Shown here: positions 1-9,058 of the stretch, piece after piece
How the letters are laid out: every line of letters starts with the position of its first letter
Numbering within the stretch: position 1 is the stretch's first letter
DNA from: an uncultured Holophagaceae bacterium
Lineage (GTDB): Bacteria > Acidobacteriota > Holophagae > Holophagales > Holophagaceae
Direction: 5' to 3'
NCBI GenBank assembly: GCA_903863195.1
Contig: CAIPAY010000116.1
Coordinates: forward strand, 8,326 to 72,325
DNA length: 64,000 bases
Translations under genes and position numbers: made by a program
Notes under the pieces: model-generated
Databases searched by the model: none
What the model was told of the DNA's origin: nothing
What the model saw: only the letters and a program-made list of their open reading frames with translations

Positions 1-261
1 CTGCTCCATGGCGCCCATCATGAGGATCCAGTGCTGGTCGGTGGCAAAGGCGACCTGCTTGACCTCGCCGCGGTCAAACTCCTCCACGGCCTCCTGGAGG
101 TGCCGCTTCACCACGTGCTGGTAGGCGCCCAGGAGCTGGAGGCCCTCGTTCGACACCTGGAGGGTGCGGGCACACACGGGATCACCGTCCCGGTCGTTGA
201 AGGTCGCGGCCAGAGACTCGGGCACGCGTTCGATGAGCTTGTCCAGAATTTGCTGGAACAT
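1..261 (-). CDS. Roadblock/LC7 (MglB-like) domain protein; the 3' part runs off the window
   Basis: Not in the ORF track because it is open to the window edge. The minus-strand ATG at 261-259 translates to MFQQILDKLIERVPESLAATFNDRDGDPVCARTLQVSNEGLQLLGAYQHVVKRHLQEAVEEFDRGEVKQVAFATDQHWILMMGAMEQ. The pattern L..L...VPxxxxxxxxDRDGxPV is typical of Roadblock/LC7 proteins. Confidence 0.55.
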   Translation of the reverse strand, partial: MFQQILDKLIERVPESLAATFNDRDGDPVCARTLQVSNEGLQLLGAYQHVVKRHLQEAVEEFDRGEVKQVAFATDQHWILMMGAMEQ

Positions 262-347
262 GGCGGGACTCCGGTGCTGCGTGCCCAAAGCATGACCGCG
301 ATGGGAGCCCATGGCAAAGCCCGTCGCCCCCTGAACCAGCGAGGGCC

Positions 348-1028
348 TCACTTCCTGAGGAACAACGCCTCGAAGTCGCGGAGGGCCACCGGGTCCCCGT
401 CCCGCTTGAGGGGGCCATGGAAGTCCTGGGGGCTCAGCTCGGCGAACTCGCCGAAGGTGGCCACATTGCCGTTGATGTAGGCGATGAACTCATCCTGGCG
501 ACCCTTGATGTAGCCCCGGAAGGGACGGGACACGATGCCCAGAATGGCGGAGTCCAGGGCGGTCCAGGTCTCCAGGTGGGTCTCGAAGCCATTCTTCCCT
601 TCCCAGTATTTATAGGAAGTCAGCATGCGGGCCCCCACGGCGAAGGGGGTCTTGAGGCGACCCCGCTCGGCCCGGCCCACCACCAGATAGACCCGGTGGC
701 CGGGCCGCTGGTAGACCAGGCGCAGGCTGCCCGAGAGGCCCCGGGTGTCGTTGATGCTCCAGGTGCCGTCGGGGTGGGTGAAGGCATAGAAGGCCGGCAC
801 GAACTGGCAGTGCCGCCACATGGCCGCGCCCAGCCGGGGGTGATCGAAGAGCTTCTCCATGGTGCCCATCCGCACGTGCTTGGGCTGGGTCTTCGTGTCA
901 AAGATGAAGTCCGCCCGCTGGATGATGTCCCGGGCCTCCTCCCGGGCCGCGGGCTCCAGGTTCTCCAGGAAGGCCGGGGGCTGAGCCAGGAGGGAGCAGG
1001 TCAGGAGGGCGGGGAACAGGGCGCGCAT
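348..1028 (-). CDS. Hypothetical secreted protein
   Basis: 226-aa ORF with a signal-peptide-like N-terminus (MRALFPALLTCSLLAQPPAF) and non-repetitive, balanced composition, unlike the overlapping shadow ORFs. No family recognised. Confidence 0.6.
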   Translation of the reverse strand: MRALFPALLTCSLLAQPPAFLENLEPAAREEARDIIQRADFIFDTKTQPKHVRMGTMEKLFDHPRLGAAMWRHCQFVPAFYAFTHPDGTWSINDTRGLSGSLRLVYQRPGHRVYLVVGRAERGRLKTPFAVGARMLTSYKYWEGKNGFETHLETWTALDSAILGIVSRPFRGYIKGRQDEFIAYINGNVATFGEFAELSPQDFHGPLKRDGDPVALRDFEALFLRK

Positions 1029-1048
1029 GGGAAAACGCTATCACTTTC

Positions 1049-3763
1049 ATGATGGATCTTGACCCGGGAGTGGCCCGGACCGATGGGAAGGGCATGGCTG
1101 CCCTGCTCCGCTATGTCCCCGTGACGCCCCTGGACGAGTTCCGGGCCTGTCTCGGCAATCACTTCGAAGATGAAGGTCCGTCCCAGGTCCGCATCCAGCA
1201 ACTCATGGCCCAGCTCCGCCAGTTCACCCTGCCCGAGCTCGGGGACCGCCTGACCAAGGCCTCGGCCAGCATTCCCATGAAGCGGTTCATCCTGGGCCTC
1301 ACGGCCAAGTTCGACTGGCCCGAGTGGGTGCCCTGGATCTTCCAGATGCTCCAGCAGGAGCCGGACCTCGGCGTGTTCGATGAGGGCTGTGCCGCCCTGG
1401 GCCGACTGGAGGTCCGCTCCGCCCGGGAGGCCCTGCAGAAGCTGGCGGCCCTGCGCACGGACCCGGACCGGCAGCTCATCCTGCGCCGGGAGCTGGGCGC
1501 AGCCGAGAGCCAGCCGCTCTCGTTCTATCTGGGACGCCTGCTGGAAGGCGAAGGCAATCCCCGCCTGGCCCACCAGGGCGCCCGGGGCCTGGCGGCCGTG
1601 GCGAGCCCCGGGGACTTCCCGGCCCTCTGGGAAGCCCTCTCCGGTGCTGATCCCCTGGCCTTCCGCCTGCTGCTGCGGGCGATCTCGGAGCTTCCGGGAG
1701 AGCTCTCCGGCCCGGCGCTGCTCGGACTGTTCCGAGACAGCCTCCTGACCCTCAAGGATCTCGAGGCCCTGGAACACCTCACCCACCGCCTGCAGACCGG
1801 AGCCCGCACCACGGCCCGGACCGAGCTGGCGAAGGCCCTGACCCTGCGCCTTGAGGGCCGGGAGGACGAGGCCCTGCGGGCCCTCCGGGCGGCCCTCGAG
1901 GCCGGCGAAGCCGGGGATCCCCTCCCCCCCCTGGAGCACCTGCGGGCCCAGGTGCAGGGACCCTACGAGCACTTCATCACCGAAGCCCTGACCATCCACC
2001 TGGAGGGCAAGGTCGCCCGGTTCAGCGCCATGGTGACCGAGGCCCAGGACACGGCCGCCAGGCAGAGCCTCGCCCTGCTCACCACCCTGGACCTGGCCTG
2101 CGAGGGCCTGGTCCGCAAGGTCACCGGGGGCGAGCTGCCCGCCGCGCCGGTCGTCCCTGCCCTCCAGGAGGCCTTCGACCAGGTGCCCGGCTGCCCAGGC
2201 CTGGACCACGCCTTCTGCCGCCTGTTGTCCACACAGGACGAGGCTGGCCTGGCGCGCATCCTCCAAGTCCCGGACGCCAAGCGCCGCACCGCCTGCCTGG
2301 ACATCCTTGGCGCGCGGGAGGAGGACGCCCTGGTGCCCTTCTTCCTGCAGGCCATGCAGGACAGCATCGTCGAGGTCGGGCAGCGGGCCATGCACCACTT
2401 CGGCAAGCTGCCCTCCAGCTTCCCGACCGTGATGGGCCTCTTCGAGTCCGGCCAGCCCGAGCAGGTCCGGATGGCGCTGCGGATCTTCACGGAAAACAGC
2501 ACCCAGGCCGCCGCCGAGCCGCTGACGGCCTACCTCAAGACCGATGTCCGCGATGACCTCCTGCTGGAGGCCGTGGAGGCCCTCGGCGCCATCCGCTGCC
2601 CCAGTGCGGCCCCGGTCCTCCTGGACCTGCTGCACGACGGCAAGCCCGCCCGCCTGCAGGAAGCGCTCGTGGAGGCGCTGGCCGCACTGGCCACCCCCGA
2701 GGCTGGCCTCGGCCTGCTGGCGAAGTCCGATCACCTCAAGCTGCCGCAGGTCCTCATCGTGGCCATGGAGGGGCTGCTGGCGGCCTTCCCGGGCTTTGAG
2801 CGACCCCTGCCCCAGGACGCCCTGCCAGCCCTGGAGCAGCTCATCACCCGCTGCTGCGACGAGCGCGAGGGCGAGGGCCAGCGGTTGCGGGCCATCCTGG
2901 CCACCCAGCACCTCTACTGCTTCGACCAGGGGCTCTACTCCCGCCTCAAGGACCTGTTCTCGGACTTCCTCTTCGACCTCCGGACCAAGGGGGGCTGGGA
3001 TCGAGAGACCAACGACAGGGTCTCGGCCGTGGTGAAGGAGCTCGGCCGGCGCAGCGCCAGCCTGGCGCACATCGCCGGCAAAGAGGAGAAAGTGCGGGCC
3101 ATGGTCCAGGCGCTGCCGCCCCAGGGCCCCACCCGGGCCGCCGCGCTGCTGGCGCTCCGCGAGGCCCTGCAGGACCCTGAGTTCATCATGCGGACCGAGC
3201 TCTCCAACGAGCTCGCGACCTTTGTGCGGAAGGATCTCCTACGGAAGGACCTCGACTGGCGGGAGCAGGCGCGTCTCTGCGAGATCGGCGCCCTCACCCG
3301 GCACCCGGAGCTGGCCGAGCCCCTGAAGGAGGTCTTCAAGGGCGCCACCGGCCTGGGCCTGCGCAGCGCGGCCAAGGAGTCCCTCCTGGCCCTGGGCCTC
3401 ACCGAGGAGGAGATCTCCCGCCGGGCCCCCATCCACAGCATCCTGCTGCTGGAACCCAGCTCCTTCTTCCGGAAGCGGCTGCTGGCGGCCCTGGGCCAGA
3501 CCTGGGACGTCCGCGAGGCGGGCACCCGCACCGAGGCCGCCGCCCTCCTGACAGAGCGCCCGGTGGACCTGCTGATCTCCGAGCAGATGGATGCCGTGGG
3601 CGACCTGCGTCCCTGGCTGAAGATGCAGTGCGAGACTCACCGCTGCCGCCAGGTCCTGCTCTCCACGGCGGCTCGCGACTCCAGCACGACGGAACCCTGG
3701 CTCATGGGGGTGCTCTACAAGCCCTATGCCCCCGAGGCACTTCTGAAAGCACTGGCGCCCTGA
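1049..3763 (+). CDS. HEAT-repeat (PBS-lyase HEAT-like) protein with a C-terminal receiver-like domain lacking the phospho-acceptor Asp
   Basis: 904-aa ORF. It has repeated helical units such as VEALGAIRCPSAAPVLLDLLHDGKPARLQEALVEALAALATPEA. The C-terminal ~120 aa has CheY-like topology (SILLLEPS...VDLLISEQMD...VLLST...YKPY). An alternative ATG lies at 1094 (MAALLRYV). Confidence 0.75.
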   Translation: MMDLDPGVARTDGKGMAALLRYVPVTPLDEFRACLGNHFEDEGPSQVRIQQLMAQLRQFTLPELGDRLTKASASIPMKRFILGLTAKFDWPEWVPWIFQMLQQEPDLGVFDEGCAALGRLEVRSAREALQKLAALRTDPDRQLILRRELGAAESQPLSFYLGRLLEGEGNPRLAHQGARGLAAVASPGDFPALWEALSGADPLAFRLLLRAISELPGELSGPALLGLFRDSLLTLKDLEALEHLTHRLQTGARTTARTELAKALTLRLEGREDEALRALRAALEAGEAGDPLPPLEHLRAQVQGPYEHFITEALTIHLEGKVARFSAMVTEAQDTAARQSLALLTTLDLACEGLVRKVTGGELPAAPVVPALQEAFDQVPGCPGLDHAFCRLLSTQDEAGLARILQVPDAKRRTACLDILGAREEDALVPFFLQAMQDSIVEVGQRAMHHFGKLPSSFPTVMGLFESGQPEQVRMALRIFTENSTQAAAEPLTAYLKTDVRDDLLLEAVEALGAIRCPSAAPVLLDLLHDGKPARLQEALVEALAALATPEAGLGLLAKSDHLKLPQVLIVAMEGLLAAFPGFERPLPQDALPALEQLITRCCDEREGEGQRLRAILATQHLYCFDQGLYSRLKDLFSDFLFDLRTKGGWDRETNDRVSAVVKELGRRSASLAHIAGKEEKVRAMVQALPPQGPTRAAALLALREALQDPEFIMRTELSNELATFVRKDLLRKDLDWREQARLCEIGALTRHPELAEPLKEVFKGATGLGLRSAAKESLLALGLTEEEISRRAPIHSILLLEPSSFFRKRLLAALGQTWDVREAGTRTEAAALLTERPVDLLISEQMDAVGDLRPWLKMQCETHRCRQVLLSTAARDSSTTEPWLMGVLYKPYAPEALLKALAP

Positions 3764-3780
3764 TCGGAGTCCGGGCGGCT

Positions 3781-5283
3781 ATGCTTTTTTCTAGATCCGA
3801 GGCCCCCATGCCTGCCTTCTCTCGATGGCTCCGATTCCCGGCCGCGCTGCTCTGCGTCATGCCGGTGCTGGCCCAGGCTCCCGCCCAGGATGCGGGACTG
3901 GCGGAGCGCCTCTACCGCAGCGGGGATCGGGCCTACTCGGACAAGGCCTACAAGGAGGCCCAGGAGACCTGGGCCCAGCTGCTCCAGGCCGCTCCAGGCA
4001 GCGCCTTCGCGCCCCAGGTGCTGCTGCGGCTCGCCCGCCACCAGGTGGAGATCGAGCAGAAGCCCGAGGCGGCCATGCCCTACCTGGAGCGCCTGCGCGG
4101 GGACTACATTAAGTCGCCCGAAGCCGCCGAAGGACTGCTGCTCCGCGGCATCCTGCTGGCCCGGCAGGCCCGACGGCCCGCGGACCTCAAGGACGCCATG
4201 GCCGAGTTCAACCGGGTGCTGGATCTCTTCCCGGACGCCGCCGCCTGTGCCGAGGCGCGCCTCCAGCTGGGGCGCGCCTGGCGCGACCAGGGCCAACCCG
4301 GCCGCGCACTTCAGCTCTTTGTCGACGCCTTCCGCCTCCGCGAGGATGCCGCCGCCGCTGCCCCGGCAATGCTTGAGGCTGCTAAGGTCCTGGACACCCT
4401 GGGCGACCTGCCGAGCTGCCTGCGCATGCTCCAGCGGCTGCGGGCCAAGGCCCCCCAGAGCCCTGAGGCCCAGGAAGCCGAGTGGCGCACCGCCTTGCTG
4501 GTGAAGCAGCGCCTGCAGAAGCCCCTCCTCAAGAACGAAGGCCCCTGGCCGGCCGGCCGGACCAAGTGGCTGAAGACCCCCATCCTCCTGGCCCTGGCGC
4601 CGGATGGCGACCTGCTCCTGTTCCAGAGCGACCTCGACCGCGCTTTCCGCCTCCGTGGGGGCGAGCTGAGCCCCCAGGGCCCCGCCGCGCCCGGCACTCG
4701 GGCGCTGGTCGCGGCGCCCTCCGGCCCCCTCTGGCTGCTCACCAAGGCGGGCCTGCTTAGAGAAGACACGCCGGCGGTCCTGCCCCTCGGAGCCCTCGGG
4801 GCCATCTCCGGCGCCGCCCTGGACCGCTGGGGCACCCTCTGGGTGGCCGATGCCAAGACGCCCGCCCTGACCCTCTTCCCGCTGGAGGGCCCCGCGCGGA
4901 CCGTGGCCTCGCCCACCGCTTCGGCCTTGGCCCCCCTCCCCACGGGCGGGGTGGTCATCGCCGCGGACGCGGACCGGAAGCTGCTGTTCCTGGATCCCGA
5001 CGGCCAGCCCCGCACCATCGTGCCCTACGGCAAGGACCTGCCCGCGGCCTTCCGGACCGTGACCGCCCTGGCCGCCGATGGGGCGGGGCAGGTGGCGGCC
5101 TTGGTGGACGGGGGCGACTTCGGCGAGGGCGTCGTCATCTACGGCCCGGACGGCGCCGTGCTCCGGCAGGCGACCTTCAAGGCCCTCGGCATCACGGGCC
5201 GCATCACCTCCCTGGTCCTGGACCGCTCTGGCGGCCTGATCCTCTGCGACCGCCGCAATGACCTGCTGCTCCGGCTGAACTGA
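3781..5283 (+). CDS. Secreted TPR-like / beta-propeller (NHL-like) repeat protein
   Basis: This frame is open from 3628, but the upstream gene ends at 3763. ATG 3781 gives MLFSRSEAPMPAFSRWLRFPAALLCVMPVLAQAPAQ (signal peptide). A YbgF-like TPR segment follows (AERLYRSGDRAYSDKAYKEAQETW). The C-terminal half has repeated G..L.V.D motifs (GTLWVADA, GGLILCDRRNDLLLRL). Confidence 0.7.
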   Translation: MLFSRSEAPMPAFSRWLRFPAALLCVMPVLAQAPAQDAGLAERLYRSGDRAYSDKAYKEAQETWAQLLQAAPGSAFAPQVLLRLARHQVEIEQKPEAAMPYLERLRGDYIKSPEAAEGLLLRGILLARQARRPADLKDAMAEFNRVLDLFPDAAACAEARLQLGRAWRDQGQPGRALQLFVDAFRLREDAAAAAPAMLEAAKVLDTLGDLPSCLRMLQRLRAKAPQSPEAQEAEWRTALLVKQRLQKPLLKNEGPWPAGRTKWLKTPILLALAPDGDLLLFQSDLDRAFRLRGGELSPQGPAAPGTRALVAAPSGPLWLLTKAGLLREDTPAVLPLGALGAISGAALDRWGTLWVADAKTPALTLFPLEGPARTVASPTASALAPLPTGGVVIAADADRKLLFLDPDGQPRTIVPYGKDLPAAFRTVTALAADGAGQVAALVDGGDFGEGVVIYGPDGAVLRQATFKALGITGRITSLVLDRSGGLILCDRRNDLLLRLN

Positions 5284-5284
5284 C

Positions 5285-7312
5285 ATGCGCCTCCGCCACC
5301 TCTTCCTCCTGCCTCTGTTCTGCGGCCTCCTCCTTGGGCAGGATGCCGCCGTGAAGGACGCCTTCCTGCAGGGCAAGTCCCTGTGGGCCACCCAGGGCGA
5401 CCGGGAGGGCGCCACGCAGCGCTTCGACAGCGTCGTGGCCGCCCTTGCGCCCAAGGGCATCGCGCTGGAGCCCGAGGGCGTGCAGATGCTCTGCGAGGCC
5501 TACAACTGGCTCGCGGTCCTGGATGACCGCAGCCAGCAGAACAAGCCCCGCGCCCATGTGCGCCTCCAGTCCCTCATCGACCTCAATCCCGATTTCGACG
5601 TGGACCGCGCCCTCACGTCCCAGCGTCTCGCGGCCCAGTTCGACCGCCTGAAGGGGGAGAAGTATGCCCTGGTCAAGCTGAGCCTCACGCCCGAGGGCGG
5701 CCGCCTGCTCGTGGACGGCAAGGCCGTCCCCGCCCTGCCCCGGAAGTATCTGCCCTTCGGCGTCCACAAGCTGGCCTATGCCCGGCCGGGCCACACCCCG
5801 GCGGAGCTCACCGTGGAGCTCGGTCCCAAGGACGTGAAGACGGCCGAGTTCAAGCTCGAGCGCGTCGCGTCCACCCTCACCTTCTACGTCCAGCCCAGCG
5901 ACATCGAAGTCCTGCTGGACGGGAGGAGCCTCGGCCACACCACCGGCAAGGCCGGACCCGAAGCCGCGGCGCTGGCGACCCCCCTGGGTCTGCGGCCCGA
6001 GGATCTCTCCGCCGCCTTCGTCATCCCCGAGCTCCCCGCCGGCAAGCACCGCCTGGAGCTGCGCGCCCCGTGCTTCCGGACCCGGATCCTGGAGCTGGGC
6101 GAAGACTTGGCGACCCCCCCGGCTGACCACACCCTCGAACCCCTCCGCATGGAAGCCTCCAAGGGCGCGCTGTCTGTGGCCTCGGCTTGGCCCGGGGGCG
6201 AGCTCTTCCTCTCGGGTCAGAGCCTCGGCCCCCTGCCGGTGGTGAAGGCCCTGGTCTGTTCGGGTCCCTACGACCTGCTGGTGCGCTTCCCGGGGGGCGG
6301 GTTCTCCCAGCGCGTCACCCTTGAAGATGGCAAGGCCCTGGAGGTCGAAGCCCGGCCGAAGCCCCGGCTCGCCTTCGTAGGCCTCGAGGGCGGCGACTTC
6401 ACGGGCCGCGCCCGGTTCCAGGCTCTGCTGGAGACCCTGGGAGACCGCCTGCAGCAGCTCGCCTTCCTGCCTGCCCGCGCGGGGGAAGCCCCCCGGGATG
6501 CCCTCGCCCGCCTCAAGGCCTCCCGCGAGGCGGAGCTCATCCTGCTCGCCACCCCGGTCCATGATCCCGTCATCCACCGGGTGGAGCTGGTCCTCGCCAC
6601 CCTCGATGGTGAGGAGGAACGCCTGCTGGTGAAACCCCTGGAGCAGGACCCTCTCGGCAGACTCGCGACGCGCCTCAACACGCTGCCGCGCCTCTCGGAG
6701 CCCGGCCTCGGCCTCACCCTCCTGGACGTGCCGGGAGAAGCCGGTCCCTGGGTGCTTGCGGCCTCGGAAACCGCCCTCAAGGCCGGGATCCAGGCGGGCC
6801 AGCCCCTGCTCCAGCTCGAGGGGAAGCCCCTGCCTTCCACCGAGGCCCTCCGGCAGCAGCTGGGCACCGCGAAGGGACCCCTCTCTCTCAGCCAGGGGGG
6901 AGCCGCCCTGACCCTACCCGTGCTCCAGGAAGCCCTGGAGCTGCCCCTGGGCTCGCCGGAGCTGTGCTACCCCGCCGTCCTCAGCCACCTGCGCCTGCAG
7001 TACGCCGGCTCCAAGGGGGACGAGGCCAACCTGCTGAAGCTCAGCATGGCCCTGGCCCTGATGCAGTTCCATCGCTACGACAAGGCCATCGAGCTGCTCC
7101 GCGATGCCCGGCTCACCACCGTGCGCGGGGTCAGCCAGGGCACCATTGACTACCACACGGGCCTCTGTTTTATCCACCTGGGTGCGGCCTACCAGTCCGA
7201 AGCTGCGCAGGCTTTCCGCCAGGCATTGAAGTATCCTCAGGCAACCCTCCTCGGTCCCGAGGGCCCCCTGGTCGCTCCTCTCGCCCGGCAGGCCCTCGAA
7301 GATCTGAGGTGA
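5285..7312 (+). CDS. Secreted PEGA-domain protein with PDZ-like and TPR-like C-terminal region
   Basis: 675-aa ORF starting 1 nt after the previous stop. Signal peptide MRLRHLFLLPLFCGLLLGQ. PEGA-like motifs (TPEGGRLLVDGKAV; DIEVLLDGRSLG; GGELFLSGQSLG). PDZ-like GIQAGQPLLQLEGKPL. Confidence 0.7.
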   Translation: MRLRHLFLLPLFCGLLLGQDAAVKDAFLQGKSLWATQGDREGATQRFDSVVAALAPKGIALEPEGVQMLCEAYNWLAVLDDRSQQNKPRAHVRLQSLIDLNPDFDVDRALTSQRLAAQFDRLKGEKYALVKLSLTPEGGRLLVDGKAVPALPRKYLPFGVHKLAYARPGHTPAELTVELGPKDVKTAEFKLERVASTLTFYVQPSDIEVLLDGRSLGHTTGKAGPEAAALATPLGLRPEDLSAAFVIPELPAGKHRLELRAPCFRTRILELGEDLATPPADHTLEPLRMEASKGALSVASAWPGGELFLSGQSLGPLPVVKALVCSGPYDLLVRFPGGGFSQRVTLEDGKALEVEARPKPRLAFVGLEGGDFTGRARFQALLETLGDRLQQLAFLPARAGEAPRDALARLKASREAELILLATPVHDPVIHRVELVLATLDGEEERLLVKPLEQDPLGRLATRLNTLPRLSEPGLGLTLLDVPGEAGPWVLAASETALKAGIQAGQPLLQLEGKPLPSTEALRQQLGTAKGPLSLSQGGAALTLPVLQEALELPLGSPELCYPAVLSHLRLQYAGSKGDEANLLKLSMALALMQFHRYDKAIELLRDARLTTVRGVSQGTIDYHTGLCFIHLGAAYQSEAAQAFRQALKYPQATLLGPEGPLVAPLARQALEDLR

Positions 7313-7325
7313 TTTGGAGGTTCCC

Positions 7326-7715
7326 ATGCGTGGTCAGCGCGGTGAAGGCAAGGTCGGGTGCCTGGCAACCCTGCTCGTGGTCGGCGTCCTGGGCGCGGCC
7401 GCCGTCAAGGCCGTCCCGGTCTACTACGGCAACAGCGAGCTGATCGACGCCTGCGACTTCATCGCCACCGGCGGCGGCCGCAAGCCCGTCGAGGTCCTGG
7501 AGCGGGAGGTCAAGGAGAAGGCCCGGGAGCTCGGGGTGGTCGAGGCCCTGACAGACAAGAACGCCATCCGGGTGACCAAGGTCAGCACCGGCGAGGCCGG
7601 CACCTGCACCATCGTCCTCCGCTACAAGCGCCCCATCGACTTCTACGGCGTCTACAAGTGGACCCTGGTGACGGACAAGCGCATCACCAAGCCCATCCTC
7701 GAGAACATCTCCTAG
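7326..7715 (+). CDS. Small membrane-anchored hypothetical protein
   Basis: The track ORF starts at TTG 7314. GGAGG at 7316-7320 sits 5 nt upstream of ATG 7326 (MRGQRGEGKVGCLATLLVVGVLGAAAVKAV), which gives a single N-terminal TM helix. No family recognised. Confidence 0.6.
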   Translation: MRGQRGEGKVGCLATLLVVGVLGAAAVKAVPVYYGNSELIDACDFIATGGGRKPVEVLEREVKEKARELGVVEALTDKNAIRVTKVSTGEAGTCTIVLRYKRPIDFYGVYKWTLVTDKRITKPILENIS

Positions 7716-7786
7716 GCCGCGCCGGGAAATCTGGACCTCGGCTCTTAGCGCTTGCACCCGGGGGCGCCTCGCGGCAACCTGCCCCC

Positions 7787-9058
7787 ATGTCTATGTCACT
7801 GCCTCAAGACAACCGCCTCGGTCCCGGCGCAGCCCTGCATCCCGTGCGGGTGCCCGGCTCCAAGTCCGTCACCAACCGGGCCCTGCTGCTTGCGGCCATC
7901 GCCCCGGGCGCGAGCACCCTCCGGGGCGGGCTGGAGGCCGAGGACACCCGCTGGATGCGCCAGGCCCTGCGGGGGCTGGGCTTCCCACTGGAGGAAGGCG
8001 CCGGCGGCTGGCGGCTGGTCGGGGGCACGCGACCGCACACGGAAACCCCCCTCTGGCTTGGTGCCTCGGGCACCACCCTGCGGTTCCTGCTGCCCTGGCT
8101 CGCTCTGACGGCGCAGGGTCCGCTGCGGTTGGAGGGCGATTCCCGCCTGTTCGAGCGGCCCCTGGGTCCCCTGCTGGGCCCCCTCCAGTCCCTGGGCGCG
8201 ACCTGGACCCCGGCTGCTTCCGGAGCCTGGCTGCAACCCGCTCCGGAGCGGCCCCGGCGGCTGGAGCTTCGCGTCGATGCCCGGCTCAGCAGCCAGTTCC
8301 TGTCGGGACTGGCCCTGGCGGCCGCCGCCCTGCCCGAGGACAGCACCCTCACCTGGACCTCCGTGGCCAGCTCCAGCTATCTGGACCTGACCACCCAGTG
8401 GCTCCGGCGGTTCGGCTGCATGGCTGTGCTTGAGCCCGGCCGCTGGCACCTCCCCGGCGGCTGCCTGTCGGCCCAGGACCTGGAGCTGCCCGGTGACTGG
8501 AGTGGCGCCGCCGCCTTCCTCGCCGCCGCCGCGGTCACCGGCCGCAGCCTACGGGCGGGTCCGCTGGACCGCGGAGACGCCCAGGGGGACCGCGCCATGG
8601 CCGAGATCCTGGCCGCCGCCGGCTGCCGGACCGCCTGGGTGGATGCCCAGTGCCTCGAGGTCTCCGGCCGCCTGCAGCGCGGCCTGGATGCGGACCTGAC
8701 CGAGTGCCCGGACCTGGGTCCCGTGCTGGCGGCCCTGGCGGCCCTGGCTCCCGGCCCCTCCGAGCTGCGTGGCCTGCACACCCTGCCCCTGAAGGAGTGC
8801 GACCGCCTGGACGCCTCCGCGGAGCTCGTCCGCTGGCTGGGCGGACAGGCGGAGATCCTCGGCGACCACACCCTGCGCATCACCCCCGGGCAGCCCACCG
8901 CGCCCCGGGCGCCCTTCAGTCCCCGGAACGATCACCGCATGGCCTTCGCGGCGGCGGTGGGCGCCCTCCGCTGGGGGGGCGAGCTGGAAGATCCCCACTG
9001 TGTCGGCAAGACCTTCCCCGATTTCTGGGAGGTCTGGCGAGGCATGCTCGGGTGCTGA
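7787..9058 (+). CDS. aroA: 3-phosphoshikimate 1-carboxyvinyltransferase (EPSP synthase)
   Basis: Translation from ATG 7787: MSMSLPQDNRLGPGAALHPVRVPGSKSVTNRALLLAA... This carries the GSKS..NR signature and has a typical ~420-aa length. The longer track ORF (7358) is an upstream extension that overlaps the previous gene. Confidence 0.9.
   Translation: MSMSLPQDNRLGPGAALHPVRVPGSKSVTNRALLLAAIAPGASTLRGGLEAEDTRWMRQALRGLGFPLEEGAGGWRLVGGTRPHTETPLWLGASGTTLRFLLPWLALTAQGPLRLEGDSRLFERPLGPLLGPLQSLGATWTPAASGAWLQPAPERPRRLELRVDARLSSQFLSGLALAAAALPEDSTLTWTSVASSSYLDLTTQWLRRFGCMAVLEPGRWHLPGGCLSAQDLELPGDWSGAAAFLAAAAVTGRSLRAGPLDRGDAQGDRAMAEILAAAGCRTAWVDAQCLEVSGRLQRGLDADLTECPDLGPVLAALAALAPGPSELRGLHTLPLKECDRLDASAELVRWLGGQAEILGDHTLRITPGQPTAPRAPFSPRNDHRMAFAAAVGALRWGGELEDPHCVGKTFPDFWEVWRGMLGC

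Noticed and set aside
1001-3070. Very long antisense ORFs throughout the track. Examples: 1001-3070(-), 3724-5460(-), 5204-6577(-), 8932-11268(-), 12118-13668(+), 13942-16080(+), 25874-27199(+), 51424-52689(-), 56288-59236(+) and 59613-61586(-).
   Set aside because: These are typical high-GC shadow ORFs. Their translations are low-complexity (rich in G/A/R/P/L/E/Q, with few K/I/F/Y/N). Each lies opposite a gene with clear family motifs (HEAT, sigma-54 EBP, GT4, DegT, UvrA, HisKA), and none shows a motif I recognise.
7358-9058. Long 5' extensions of real genes in the ORF track: 7358 for aroA, 8650 for the EBP, 3628, 23202-24428, 42288, 43393, 45462-46667, 48339-50291 and 53718.
   Set aside because: The extensions overlap the preceding gene and are Pro/Arg/Gly-rich. 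They lie upstream of internal starts that give canonical family N-termini, often with an ATGA/GTGA overlap or a visible GGAGG.
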